A stretch of DNA of 64,000 bases from the human T2T-CHM13v2.0 reference genome, Homo sapiens: the NCBI RefSeq assembly GCF_009914755.1, contig NC_060933.1, one strand, 5' to 3'. Positions within the stretch are counted from its first letter, which is position 1. Each line of letters opens with the position of its first letter. The translations under genes were made by a program, and so were the position numbers. The notes beneath the pieces were generated by a model, which was not told where the DNA came from, did no database searches, and saw only the letters and a program-made list of their open reading frames with translations. Below, in pieces: positions 49,561 to 60,969 of this stretch.

Positions 49561-50384
49561 GGGCAACACCTCACCCCAAACCTGCTCGGTGAAACGGAGC
49601 CACCCCTGGGACCAAGCTTAGCCCAGCACTTAGAGGCCACACCCCAAAACAACCAGAGTTTCTCCCATCTAAGGCAGGGCGGGGGAGGGGAAGGGGTTAG
49701 GATTGAATCTCGGAGTCTACGTAAGAGCTGTCTGTGCTGAGCCAGATCCTGCCCAAAGCCTGCGTGAAATCTGCCCCCCACCCCACCTGCAGGAGAGGCA
49801 TCGCACGTCGCTGTGGCAAAGGCCAGGTGACTGCAGGCGCGGTTAGCGTGCGTGCCGCGGAGCGAGAAAACACGCGGCCAGTGGCCATTTTCAGATGCCC
49901 TGACAGAGACAGCTCTGGCTTCAAAGAGATCAAAATGCGGGGAGATCACATCTCAGACATGATGAGATAAGGCACTGTGCAGGCTGAGGCAGCAGCATCT
50001 TGGACCTAATCTGCTGTGTTGGATCCTGATGAGCCTGATTCCGGGAAGGCCTCCAAGATTTCCAGTTGATCTGTTGTTCCCTGTGTAGAGCAGGTACTTG
50101 CCGTAAATCCCACCCTTAGGGCACAAAGCCTTGATGCTGTCTGCTTCAGGTTTCTGCACGTTCCTTCTAAACCAGCCTCCCCTATGGCAGATAAGCCCTG
50201 GGCCTGGGGGTGGTGGCGGGATCCCGTCTGTCGGTGCCTCCAGAGACACAGATGTGGCTTCCATTTGTAAGTCCCTACTAAATATTTCTTCCTGAGAAAC
50301 TGGACTTGTCAGCCTCTTTCTTCTGCCTCTCACCCTCCTCCATCTTTGGGGCAGGTTTGCAGAGGCCTACCCATCGTGGAACAG

Positions 50385-50450
50385 GTATTGATATTCCTGT
50401 TTTACAGAGGGAGAAACTGAGGCTCAGAGGGCTGACTACTGTGTGAGGTG
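50385..50450 (-). mobile_element. MIR fragment
   Basis: tttacagaggggagaaactgaggctcagagg core. Confidence 0.65.
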
Positions 50451-51631
50451 AAGGGCACATGGCATGTATGTGACAGAGAGGAGGGCCTCAGGCCCACGTG
50501 CCTCCCAGAACCCAGGAGGGCCCACTCTGATGCTTGCATTGGAGACAAAGACAGAACCCAGCTCTGAGCCGCCTCCCTTTCCACATGGGGAGAGCAGAGA
50601 TGAGGCCCAATGGATTTCAATGGCCCCGGCTCCAGGACTTGCCCTGCTGTCCACGTCTCCCCCTTTAGCAGGAGTTTGGCATGGAGGGCTCAGCTGCTTA
50701 ACGACCACCACCCATTTTGGGAAAACTTCTGAGGAAAAATTCTGCACACCTGTGCCAGCCCCTGAGCACTGGCGACGTGCCCGGGACAGTGCCTGAGGGA
50801 ACAATTCTTCATGTCCTCACTAGGACACCATGAGGAGGTGGGTGGCCACCCTCCAGGGACTGTGGACATGGAGGCACGTCTGGGGGCAGGGGCTCCTGCC
50901 AGACCCCTAGGGAGAGGTGGAGCAGGGCCCAGGCAGCCTCAGAGCCCGAGCTGGCTCCCAGCACCAGTGTGGTTGGTGCTGTATCGGCTACAGCCTGATG
51001 GACATGGTGAGTGGCGGGCAGGAGAAGGGCGGCTGGGAGCCCCGGGGCAGGGCCAGGGCCAGGGGGTGTGTGTGATCCCATCCTCCGCTCCCAGCTCTGA
51101 TGCTGCCATGCGGGGACAGGGCACCATGGGATGGCTGTGGGACCTGCCAACACTCTTCCAGGACCCCAAAGCTGCCTGGGGAGCTGGGAAAAGGACGGCT
51201 TGTGAGCCTGGCTTTGCTGGGCATGAACGGGCCAAGCTCGACCCTGGGGACAGAGAAAATGACCCGCAGGGACCCTGCTCCGCCTGGGCAGTGAGTGAGC
51301 TCTCCCAGCGCCCTGGGTGCCTGGAGGCTGTGCTTCCCAGGAAAGTGTGCGGCCGCCACCTTTCATAAAGGGCCCCCGGCCTTCATGCGTGTTTTATGAG
51401 GGTGGCCGTGATGGCCACGCAGGGCAGGGAATCAAAGGGACTCGTAAAGTTTGTCTGATGATTTGGGACTCGGAGCACTGCGGACACGTTCATGGGCATT
51501 TTATGCAGGAGGGAACTGTTAAGCAGGGAAGCTGAAAGAGACAGATCACGGGAAAATTAAATGTAGGGTTTAACTGAGAAATAATCATTTTCTATGAAAG
51601 ATAATGACTTCTCTGGAGGCTGGTATCAAGA

Positions 51632-51637
51632 TTTATT
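51632..51637 (-). terminator. CCDC187: Probable CCDC187 polyadenylation signal AATAAA
   Basis: First minus-strand AATAAA I found downstream of the stop (~3.5 kb), followed by a T-rich element on the minus strand. Confidence 0.6.
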
Positions 51638-53443
51638 GGCCCAAGCGGTGACGACAGATCAGAGCCCAGGCAAATACAGCAGGAGACCTTGAAGGGGAGG
51701 AAACTTGGATTACCATCTTGCCCGGTCAATATATCTGAATGCCAAAGCCCTCCGCTCTGTATATGTCCTGTTGGGAGATTAAATGCGTTTACACCTCTGC
51801 TGAAGCGGCTTTTTCTCCGGTGCTCAGAGTAACCTGACGGCTCCGGCCCCCTCCAGGGCCGCTGTCCTTGGAAGCCCTGGCCCGGGTTTTCCTTCGTTCC
51901 TCACGACCAGCCCCCTTCAAGGGCACCCTACCACCTGCCAGCGACGCGAGGCACCTGCTGGGCTCCCAGGGAAAGTCACGCTGGTTCCAGCTGTGACTGC
52001 AGCCGCCACCGCATTGCGCCGCACGTCAGCACCAACCACGTGGCAGCGAGCCTGGGAGCCATCAGATTCGCTGCAAATCTGCGGGGCTTCAGTGGTGGAG
52101 ATTTATCGTCATGCCAGATGCGTGTGTGTGAGATACATAATTCCTCTCACACGGCCTCATAAATCCAAAAGGGTCAGCAATAAATGGAAAAAAATAAAAA
52201 ATCACAGACTAATTTGTTCAGAAGACTAGAAGGGGATCAATGAGAAAGCTGTAGCTCAGCTCAAAGTTTGTTCTGAAATTGGGAGCATGGAGCAGGAACA
52301 CATTCCCCACTGGATCCAAACATCTGCATTCTCAGGTGGGCTGGGCAGGAGCTGGTGCAAAATCAGATGCATGGCCCGAGCTGGGCTTCCTGTGCACATG
52401 GTGAATGGGGACCCTGACACAGGCCGGCCATTGTTAACGGCACCTGGGGCTAAGCAGCCGCCCCGGGGCTGGAGAAGGCAGGCTGGGTCCAGCTGCTCCC
52501 GGGCGAGGGGTGTCTGGAGAGGGGCTCTTGCCTCACGGCAGGGGGCCCAAAGAGGTTCTAAGGGGCCTGGGGTCTCTCACCAGAGCTATGGGGTAGAGGG
52601 CCCTGGCAGCTCCGTGTGTCCTGTGACCTGGCATCTTAGGGCTTTGCCACGCCAGCTTTGTGATGCCTCCCACCAGACTGCATGCATAAAGTCTGGAGTA
52701 TGCTCCTCTCTGAAGTGGAGGAGGCCTGAGGCCCTGGACAGGAGAAGCCACATCCTGGAAGGATCAGTGCTGGGACACAGATGTCCCTAAGGCCAACACG
52801 CTGCTCATCAACTCCGCATTCAAGAAGAGACCCTCAGATTCAAAAGGGTCCCAGAGAAATTACAGGGGTCCCAGTGAATCCTCTGGAAGCAAAGAAAAGT
52901 CCATGGCACCAGGAGAAATCAGCTGCCCTGGCCTTCCAGGCACAGCAAGTCCTGAGCATGCTCCAGAAGAGACCTTGGGCCACTGATCCCCAGAGGAAAA
53001 GCCCCCGGCCGTGCGGGCTGCGCAGAAATGACCTTGGGCCCTTGAGCCGTGGCTTCCTCTGGTCTGTGCAGCTCAGGTGTGAGACATCCATGCCCAGTCC
53101 ACCCAGCTGCACGTCATGTGCCGGCAGTTTGGGTGTGGGAGGAGCCTCCAAAGTCAAAGCAGGCAGATGCCCCTGACTTCTAAGCAGGGCTCAGGGGTGT
53201 GAGTCAGCACCAGTCAGGCCCACCCCAGCTCTTCTTTTCCCCAGATGTTCTCTCTTCCTCTCTTGGCCTTCGCTGATCCCCATGACCCCCTTCCTGGCAT
53301 AGGCGCTGCTCCGCCCCGTCCTCGTTCCTGCTCTTGGCGACTCTGACTGTTCTTGCCTCTGGGCTGCAACGCCTTTTCTTGGACGCCTCTTCGTGGCTTT
53401 GATGCGAAGAAGCAGGTGTGCAGTCCGGGCCTGGCTTCAGGTG

Positions 53444-54130
53444 ACCGTCCCGCGGAGCCGGCGCCCACCCTGTCCACCGGGGGAAGAGCCGGCCACCCAC
53501 CCGGTCCACCCCGGGAAGGTCCAGGCGACCGTCCCGCGGAGCCGGCCGCCCACCTGGTCCACCCTGGGAAGAGCCGGCCGCCCACCCAGTCCACCCTGGG
53601 AAGGTCCAGGCGACCATCCCGCACAGCCGGCCGCCCACCCCGTCCACCAGGGGAAGGTCCAGGCGACCGTCCCGCAGAGCCGGCGCCCACCCTGTCCACC
53701 AGGGGAAGAGCCGGCCGCCCACCTGGCCCACCCTGGGAAGAGCCGGCCGCCCACCCAGTCCACCCCGGGAAGGTCCAGGCGACCGTCCTGCGGAGCCGGC
53801 CGCCCACCTGGCCCACCCTGGGAAGAGCCGGCCGCCCACCCCGTCCACCAGGGGAAGGTCCAGGCAACCGTCCCGCACAGCCGGCCGCCCACCCTGTCCA
53901 CCGGGGGAAGGTCCAGGCAACCGTCCCGCACAGCCGTCCGCCCACCCTGTCCACCGGGGGAAGGTCCAGGCAACCGTCCCGCACAGCCGGCCGCCCACCC
54001 GGTCCACCCTGGGAAGGTCCAGGCGACCATCCTGCACAGCCGGCCGCCCACCCGGTCCACCGGGGAAAGGTCCAGGAGACTGTCCCGCACAGCCGGCCGC
54101 CCGGCCGGTCCACCCTGGGAAAGTCCAGGC
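53444..54130. repeat. GC/CpG-rich VNTR (~53-bp and ~32-bp units) in the CCDC187 3'UTR
   Basis: ccggccgcccaccc(t/g)gtccaccgggggaaggtccaggc(g/a)accgtcccgcacag repeated. Confidence 0.93.
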
Positions 54131-55117
54131 CTCTAGGTTCTTACTCCCACGTGTGCATGTGTATGCCACACACAGCTCACAATGACATTGTGGACGCCTG
54201 TGCACCTCTGTAGTTCCAGAAAACACTCCCTAGGGGCTGCACCTGGGGGCCTGTGTGGAGAGAGCTGCTAAGGAGTCACGCAGGACACTCCTGGTGAGCC
54301 ACGTGGAGACCAAGTCCACTGCCTGGTCTCTCTCCACACCTGGGAGATGGGTACAGCGGCCTGAGTCTGTCTCCAGGAGCGGCTTTCTGCCCAGTGAGCC
54401 CTCGGGCCTGGGTGGGTCCTCTACCTGGCGGCTCAGGCCTCCCTCAACGTCCTCACCAGCATGCTCAAGGGACCCAGACTTTCCACTGGCGGCCAAGGGC
54501 ACTTGGCCTGGGAGAGAGGCTGCCGGGGCTGCCAACCAGGGACATGGAGGTGTGGCTGCCTGTGGGGGTGTGGCTGCCTTCCTGTTCTTACCCAGCATTT
54601 CTTTGGGGTCTTGGCCCCTGGTGGGGGTCTTGGCCAAGCAGGCTCGGCTGCCCAGGGACCCTGCCGCAGGTGAGGCAGTGTCCAGGAGCTCATCCAGACC
54701 CACTAAGAGCTGCCCCGCTACCCACCCCGGCTCTCTGCATGCCCAGAGCTCTGCGCTCCTTCCCAGGGCTCTCCCCGACTGCCCAAGACCTCCTCAAAGG
54801 CCACATCAGCCCAGAACCCTGTGCCCAAAACAGGAGCCCAGTCCGCCGATCATCACTTCCACGTCACCAGCTGCCAACAGCCCTGACAGACCTTCCCTGG
54901 CCACAGAGGCCACTCTGGATGGAGCTGGGGGCTGCACTGATGGCCCTGGGAGCCCTCCAGGGGCACTGCCTGACCCCTCACACGACGAGTGCCCTGGCCA
55001 GCTGACAGGTTCAGGCCACTGGCTGCCTCCGGCCTCATCCCCTGCTGCAGAACTGCATCTACCCAACTGGTCGTCAACGCTTCCACCCGGACCAGCCACC
55101 CCTGGGCAGAGCCCCAA

Positions 55118-56658
55118 CTACTGGGTTCCCGCCGACCCCTGGGGCCCAGGAAACAGTCCCTCCGGCAGACTCTCCTCAGATAAGGAGGACAAATCCTGGG
55201 TGGTGATGGCGGTGTCCTCCTCAAGGGGCCCCGAGGGCGGGGAAGGGAAGGCATCCGAGCATGGGTTGGTGTCTTCACCATCACTCTGTGCTTGGGGAGT
55301 GGGAGGAGGTGGGGGTAGGGGGGCCTCCCTGTGGATGGAGGACGGGAGGTCGGCACTGCCGTAGGACAGCAACTCGTCCACGGGAGACAGGATCTCAGTC
55401 AAGACGTCACCGGCAAGTAGGGGACAGGCTTCCTCCAGGACAGTGGGGGCCCCATTCCCACCAGGCCCAGGCGCCCGGCTCTCAGCTACTGGAGGTGCCA
55501 GCCTGCCTGGGTCCCCAGGAGGAGCCTGCAGGGTCACCGGGGTCTCGGGCTCTGGCATGAGGTACGGGAGTTTGCTCTTGGTGGATGGGCTCGGGTCAGC
55601 ATCCCGGGTTCCCTCCTGGTAGCCAGAAGTCTCTCCTCCTTTGCCGAAATCTGCCCCTTCACTCAAAGAGGTCCACGAAGGAAAGACCAGCAGTGAGTCC
55701 GAGTCACCGGCAGAAGAGATTTGCAGCGGGAACACCACACCGGCGGCCTCAGGGGGTGCCTGGAGGGCTTCTCCTGTGTCTGACACCCCCATCAGGCTCT
55801 CGCTGGTCCCAGAAGCTTCCCGCCCCTCCCCAGGCCATGGGGACGGAAGAGCCACCTGGGGCTCCATGCCGCTTCTGACACCCCCTTTCAGGCTCTCGCT
55901 GGTCCCAGAAGCTTCCCGCCCCTCCCCGGACCGTGGGGAGGGAGGAGCCACCTGGGGCTCCACGCCGCTTCCAAGGCCCAGTGAGCCACCTGCAGGCAGG
56001 GAGCTCCCCGAGGCTGGCTTGGCCCCGGTACAGGGTTCTGGCAGGTCCTCCTCGCAGTCCTCCTCCCAAACTTTGCTGGAGGCCTCTGACAGCTCTGACC
56101 TTGACCTTGGAGAGGGGATGTCTGGGAAAGGCAGTAGCCAGCCTGCCTTTGGGCTTTGCTCCGGCGCTGAAACTTCTGCCATGGCCGTGTCCAAGGAGGA
56201 GCCACGCAGGGGGCCGGCCCTGCGGCCCTGGGGCCTCTGCCAGGTCACCCATCCTCCACCCCCAGGAGCACTGCCTGGCCGAGGCTCACCCTGGTTTGAC
56301 CGCCAGGACAAAGGCAGGCCAGCTTCCCCCGAGGAGTGTCGGGCAGAGAGCTCTCCAGGCCAGCTGAAACCTTCGTCTGGGGAGTCTTCAGCTTCCAAGC
56401 TGGGAAGAGAGCTGGAGCTCCCAGAAAGCTGGATCAGGGTAGCCGCTGCTTTCTGGAACTCCCAGAGAGAGGGACAGGACAGGCTGCTCACAGAGCCTGC
56501 TGGGGAGGTGTGGGATGACACCGTGGCTTCTTCCGAAGGCCCCCAGCAGGTTCCAGAAGCAGACTCAGAGCCTGGACCGCAGGAGGAGGTGGTAGGGAGA
56601 AGGGGACTGCCCTGGTGCAGGATTGGGGGCGCCGCCTCCTCAGGGACCACAGGAGCTG
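55118..56658 (-). CDS. CCDC187: CCDC187 terminal coding exon (S/P/G/E-rich, VLTEILSPVDELLSYGSADLP motif)
   Basis: CTCTCTTAG| acceptor, phase 1, open for 1541 nt to TAG. Gene identity from synteny upstream of QSOX2. Confidence 0.82.
55780..55971. repeat. 96-bp in-frame tandem duplication (2 x 32 aa, EPQVA.PSP..GEGREASGTSESL)
   Basis: tcaggctctcgctggtcccagaagcttcccgcccctcccc at 55792 and 55888. Confidence 0.92.
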
Positions 56659-57180
56659 CTAAGAGAGGGGGCAATCAACAGTGGTCACCCTCTGCACCCT
56701 GGACCCCATGCATATCCCACGACCCCCAAAGCCAGGAGGTCAGAACAGAGAAACACCCTGAACAGAGGCAGGAAAAGCGTCGAGGGTGCCAGCGTGTTCG
56801 ACCCTTGTGATTCCAACCCAGGGGTTCACCACGCCCACCCCCACCCACACGCAATGAGTCATGTCCAGGGGCCTTGCCGAGCCTCGGGCACCCGGCCTCA
56901 TAGCACCACAGCTGTGGTTCAAGGACTGACTGGTTGGCTCTGCCTTGTTTTATTTTCATTAGGGATGTGGGTGGATCCAGACAGAGGATCCCTGACCGTC
57001 ACTCACCTCCCCTGGCAACCCTGTGATGGGGAGGTGCGTGGGCAGAGCCCCCCAGCTAGGCAGTGGGGAAGGCAGGGGCTGCGTATTGTGGGGAGAAGCT
57101 GGCTCTGATGTAGAAATGGCTTGGGGGACCCTTAGTGGGGACTCGATGGCTGAAGGAGGGGCTGGGGGCTGGGGCATTAC

Positions 57181-57257
57181 CTGGGGAGGCAGCGGCCTGG
57201 GCAGCCTCCAGCCAGGTGGAGGAGATGCCAGGGACCTCCTGCTGACAGGCCTCCGTC
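57181..57257 (-). CDS. CCDC187: CCDC187 exon (TEACQQEVPGISSTWLEAAQAAASP)
   Basis: TTGCAG| and G|GTAATG; 77 nt; phase 2 to 1 fits its neighbours. Confidence 0.72.
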
Positions 57258-57734
57258 CTGCAAGCACATTCGTGGAGAACCCTGTGGGGATCCTGGTCCT
57301 CCTGGCCTCTTCCCCAGGGCCCACTGTCAGGGACCCCACCAGGCTCAGTCCACAGCTCACACTCGAAAAACATCCCAGCCAGTCCTCTGCCACCACCTGA
57401 GTGACCCTGAGGGCAAGGGCTCCCCGAGGGCTTGTCTTTGGGGGCATCCAGTCTCAATCCCACTGGATCAGGTGGCAGAGAGGGGGGTGGGGCTGCCACT
57501 CCCAGGGGGTTCGAAGCCGCTCTGCTGACCTTGGGCTGATTCATGGGTGACATTTTTATTTCCAAAAGTGGGTCAGACCCAGGAGGGCTCAGGGTGGGTG
57601 CAGGGCTGTGCCCCGGCAGCACAGGTGTGCCAGGAGAGAGTGAGGGTCCCCACAGCAGGGGGACAGGGGGTACCGGCTGAACCCGTCTCCGTGCCTCACG
57701 CTCCACCCCTGCTCCAGGGAGCTCAGCCCCACAC

Positions 57735-57847
57735 CTCTGCTCCCCCGATCGCCAGCTCTCGGTTTCCTGGGACTCCTCCACGGGGCTCTCAGCAAAATCC
57801 AGCCCCGATTCCAAGCCCTCTTCGCTCATGCTGTCCTCAGCCACCTG
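57735..57847 (-). CDS. CCDC187: CCDC187 exon (QVAEDSMSEEGLESGLDFAESPVEESQETESWRSGEQR)
   Basis: CTCTCCAG|CAG NAGNAG acceptor (57847 or 57844); AG|GTGTGG donor; 113 nt. Confidence 0.72.
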
Positions 57848-58228
57848 CTGGAGAGACGTTGCAGAAATGACACTGTTGGGGTGTGGCCTCTGTCTCTGTC
57901 CACCTCCCGTAGCTGGATGGAGCCCCTGTGCTTCCAGCGACCACGGTAAAGGAACAAAGACCACTCAAAAGAGGGCTGTGGAGACCCCCACTTGCCAGAT
58001 TCCCCTCCTCCCATTGGGCCCTGCCACCATGGAAAAAAAGTCTGTTTTTCTGCCCAGGTGTTGAGTCTTAGGGTGAGACCCAGAGAACTGGCAAACCTCA
58101 GAACTGAAGGCATCTGCTGGGAAGGGCCCTGGGGCACCCATGGGATGGACCAGGAGACCCCTCAGGGCCACACAGCAAGGCCGGGCCCCACACAGCCCAC
58201 AGGAAGGGCACGGCCACACCCGACTCAC

Positions 58229-58365
58229 GCTGGCTTCTTGTGGGCCACAAGGACCTTCTCTGCCGCAGGAGCGTCGGCTGCGTTCCCTGAAGCTCCCCAC
58301 ATGGCTGTCTGTTGGAGCCCGGGGCTTCCCTGCTAAGGAAGGGCCGGGCTTGGTCTGAGGGTCTC
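58229..58365 (-). CDS. CCDC187: CCDC187 exon (DPQTKPGPSLAGKPRAPTDSHVGSFRERS...QEAS)
   Basis: TTTGCCCTCCAG| and AGC|GTGAGT; 137 nt; phase 1 to 0. Confidence 0.72.
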
Positions 58366-58616
58366 CTGGAGGGCAAAGGGACTGTCAGCGCTGGTGGGGA
58401 CAGAGGCAGGGAGCAGGAGCAGCTCCCAGGAATTCCGAAGCCACATAAAACAAATCTTAAAATTCAAAGTGGTGTACACCTTTCTACAGTGCTTGGTTAG
58501 TATGAGGGCGGAAACATACATGGTAGTTTGCTCCTAAAATGATCCTGTTATTGGACAGTTAGTGATCAAAGTCCCAGCCAAAAGTTTAGAGAAAATTCGT
58601 TTAGAATTCAGAGGCC

Positions 58617-58926
58617 GGCTGGGCGCAGTGGCTCACGCCTATAATCCCAGCACTCTGGGAGGCCGAGGCGGGCGGATCACAAGGTCAGGAGTTCGAGACC
58701 AGCCTGGCCAATGTAGTGAAACCCCGTCTCTACTAAAAATACAAAAATTAGGCGGGCATGGTGGCGGGGGCCTATAATTCCAGCTACTCAGGAGGCTGAG
58801 GCAAAAGAATTGCTTGAACCCGGGAGGCGGAGGTTGCAGTGAGCCAAGATCACGCTACTGTACTCCAGCTGGGGAGAGAGTGAGACTTTGTCTCAAAATT
58901 ATAATAATAATAATAATAATAATAAT
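58617..58926 (+). mobile_element. Alu (AluSg-like) with (AAT)n tail
   Basis: Full-length; TSD aatt(c/t)agaggcc at 58605-58616 and 58927-58938. Confidence 0.92.
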
Positions 58927-60452
58927 AATTTAGAGGCCTCTTTCCCTCCCTTGGGGGAAACCTTTTGCCAGAGCTTGTTCTTCCCCCTCGGTGCCGTCCG
59001 ACAGACACTGGTGTGAGGCAGGGGTGGTGCAGAGGGCCGGTGGGGGGCAGGCCTCGGACACAGCAAGGCCACCAGTGCACCGCCGGGGATCACAAAGGGG
59101 GACAAAGGGACGGGTGGGGCCACCGCAGAGCCCTCCCCAGGAGCACCAGGCCCCCCAGCATTGCACCTCCATCTCCCTAGACTTTCGTTCTGTGGGGTCA
59201 GGGGACTCTGAGAGCCAAGGCCACCTGGCTAAGGGAACCAGAGCTGTTTGTCTAAAGCCCAAGGAGGGGGAAGCTCCATCAGTGGGAACACCTGCCCTCT
59301 TGTCCGTGGCTCCGGGTGACCCCAGCGACCACAATGGGGCGTCACCCAGGGAGCCCCTGCAAGCGCAGTCTTTTGATCAGAGAGCGGCCGGCACCGCAGT
59401 CAGGCAGACTCAGGGTGAACCCTAGACCACGTGAGAACATAAGTCAGGCCTCAGGCTCCTCCTCTGCTGCGTGGGCATAACGAGTGAATCCACCTCCAGA
59501 GGCAACGAGGACCCATGGTGGGTGCAGGCGCCTGGCTGGCCCCCCGAACGGTGACAGCTGGTACACGTGGCCATGCGGCGAGGGAGGCTTCAGGCTGAGC
59601 AAGCTTCACGGTGGCCGCAGAAGCCTGAACAGCGCAGGCCCGGAGGTGACGCGGGACACAGAGGGAAAGCGCTCTGTATTCACTCCGCCTCCCAGTGTCA
59701 CTGGCCTCTCCAGGGAGCCCCACCAGCCACGCTCTCCTGGGCAGCCCCACAAGTGCTTCTGATCTCTTTCCGTCTCAACCCATCTGTCCTGAGGTTTGCT
59801 CTCCCTGGCCCCAACGGCAGGGACCCCCCAGTCTATGCCACCCCCCTTGGGTGGCATAGTCTCCCTGCTTCCGAGGATGGACACTGGGTGGGGGCCTTCT
59901 GAATTCGGCACCCAGGGCTGGTCAGGGAGCTCCGAGGTGGCATCGCAGGGCACACAACCCCCCACTCTTCAGCCGGCGGCTACCAGACGCACCACCAGGG
60001 TTCCCTGACACTGTGAGTGCATCTGCTCCCGCCCCACCTGCAAATTGGGGACTTGGCTCTCGGGGGGGGCCCCGGCCAAGTGTAAGGTTCAGAAAGAGAA
60101 AAATGTAATCGGTGCAGAAACCTCCGTCAGCTGAAGACGCTCAGGCAGTGCTGGCTTCCAAACACTTAAAAATCTGCCCCAGATGAACGAAGTTGCGACT
60201 AAAACAATCCCAGCCAGTTATGACTTTTAATTTCTCCAGAAGAGCCGCTGCGTCACCTCCGGTAGGAGATGGAGCCGGCCACTCTTCTTGCAGTGAAGGG
60301 GTCTGAGGCCAGGGTGGGGGGCCACCAGGGCCCATCTTCTTTGCTTTCCGTCCTTGTCCAGTGGCTGAGCTCCAGCCTCGGACAGGCTCTGCTGGATGTG
60401 GGGGAAGTGTCTGGCGCCGTGGAGGCCCACGCGGTGTTTCCAGGGTGCTTAC

Positions 60453-60522
60453 CTGGGGGTGGCTCCTTCACCTCCCGAGACCTGCACTGAGCTGTGGGGA
60501 GGCGCCCCTCCGCCTCCTCGGC
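60453..60522 (-). CDS. CCDC187: CCDC187 exon (AEEAEGRLPTAQCRSREVKEPPP)
   Basis: CACCCCCCAG| and G|GTAAGC; 70 nt; phase 0 to 1. Confidence 0.72.
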
Positions 60523-60733
60523 CTGGGGGGTGAGACGGGAGTGGACATGGCACAGGGCCCTGAAGGGAGGGCACCAAGGGCCAGGGATAGACCAGGATGG
60601 ATGGGGACAGATGGGGACAGACTGGGGTGGATGGGGACAGCCGGGGGCGGACAGGGACAGATGGGGACAGGCAGGGACAAACAGGGACCCACTGCAGGAA
60701 CCAAGGACCGGCCACAGGAACCAAGGGGCCCCA

Positions 60734-60831
60734 ACCAAGATGAAGATCAAGTCACAGATTGGCAGAATGTTGGGGGGGAGGGTACCAAGATGAAGATCAA
60801 GTCACAGATTGGCAGAATGTTGGGGGGGGGT
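60734..60831. repeat. 50-bp tandem duplication, next to a (GATGGGGACA)n tract at 60596-60680
   Basis: accaagatgaagatcaagtcacagattggcagaatgttggggggg at 60734 and 60784. Confidence 0.9.
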
Positions 60832-60883
60832 GGTCCCTGAAACAGGCGGTGCTGGGGAAAGGGCTTCCAGGGAGAGTGCGTAC

Positions 60884-60969
60884 GGGAAAGGCTGGGCCCA
60901 GCCGCTGTCCGTCCGGGGGGCTCACGTGCTGCAGGCCCAGCAGAGGGGCCCGAGGCTGCTCCCCAGGCT
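60884..60969 (-). CDS. CCDC187: CCDC187 exon (EPGEQPRAPLLGLQHVSPPDGQRLGPAFP)
   Basis: GTCTTTCAG| acceptor; donor CCC|GTACGC (86 nt) or the in-frame alternative CAC|GTGAGC at 60926; phase 1 to 0. Confidence 0.62.

Noticed and set aside
53204-54226. 200-340 aa ORFs on both strands
   Set aside because: Products of the GC-rich VNTR.
54255-56810. 369-aa and 389-aa plus-strand ORFs
   Set aside because: Antisense shadows of the CCDC187 coding or ex-coding frame; non-ATG starts and no independent gene signals.
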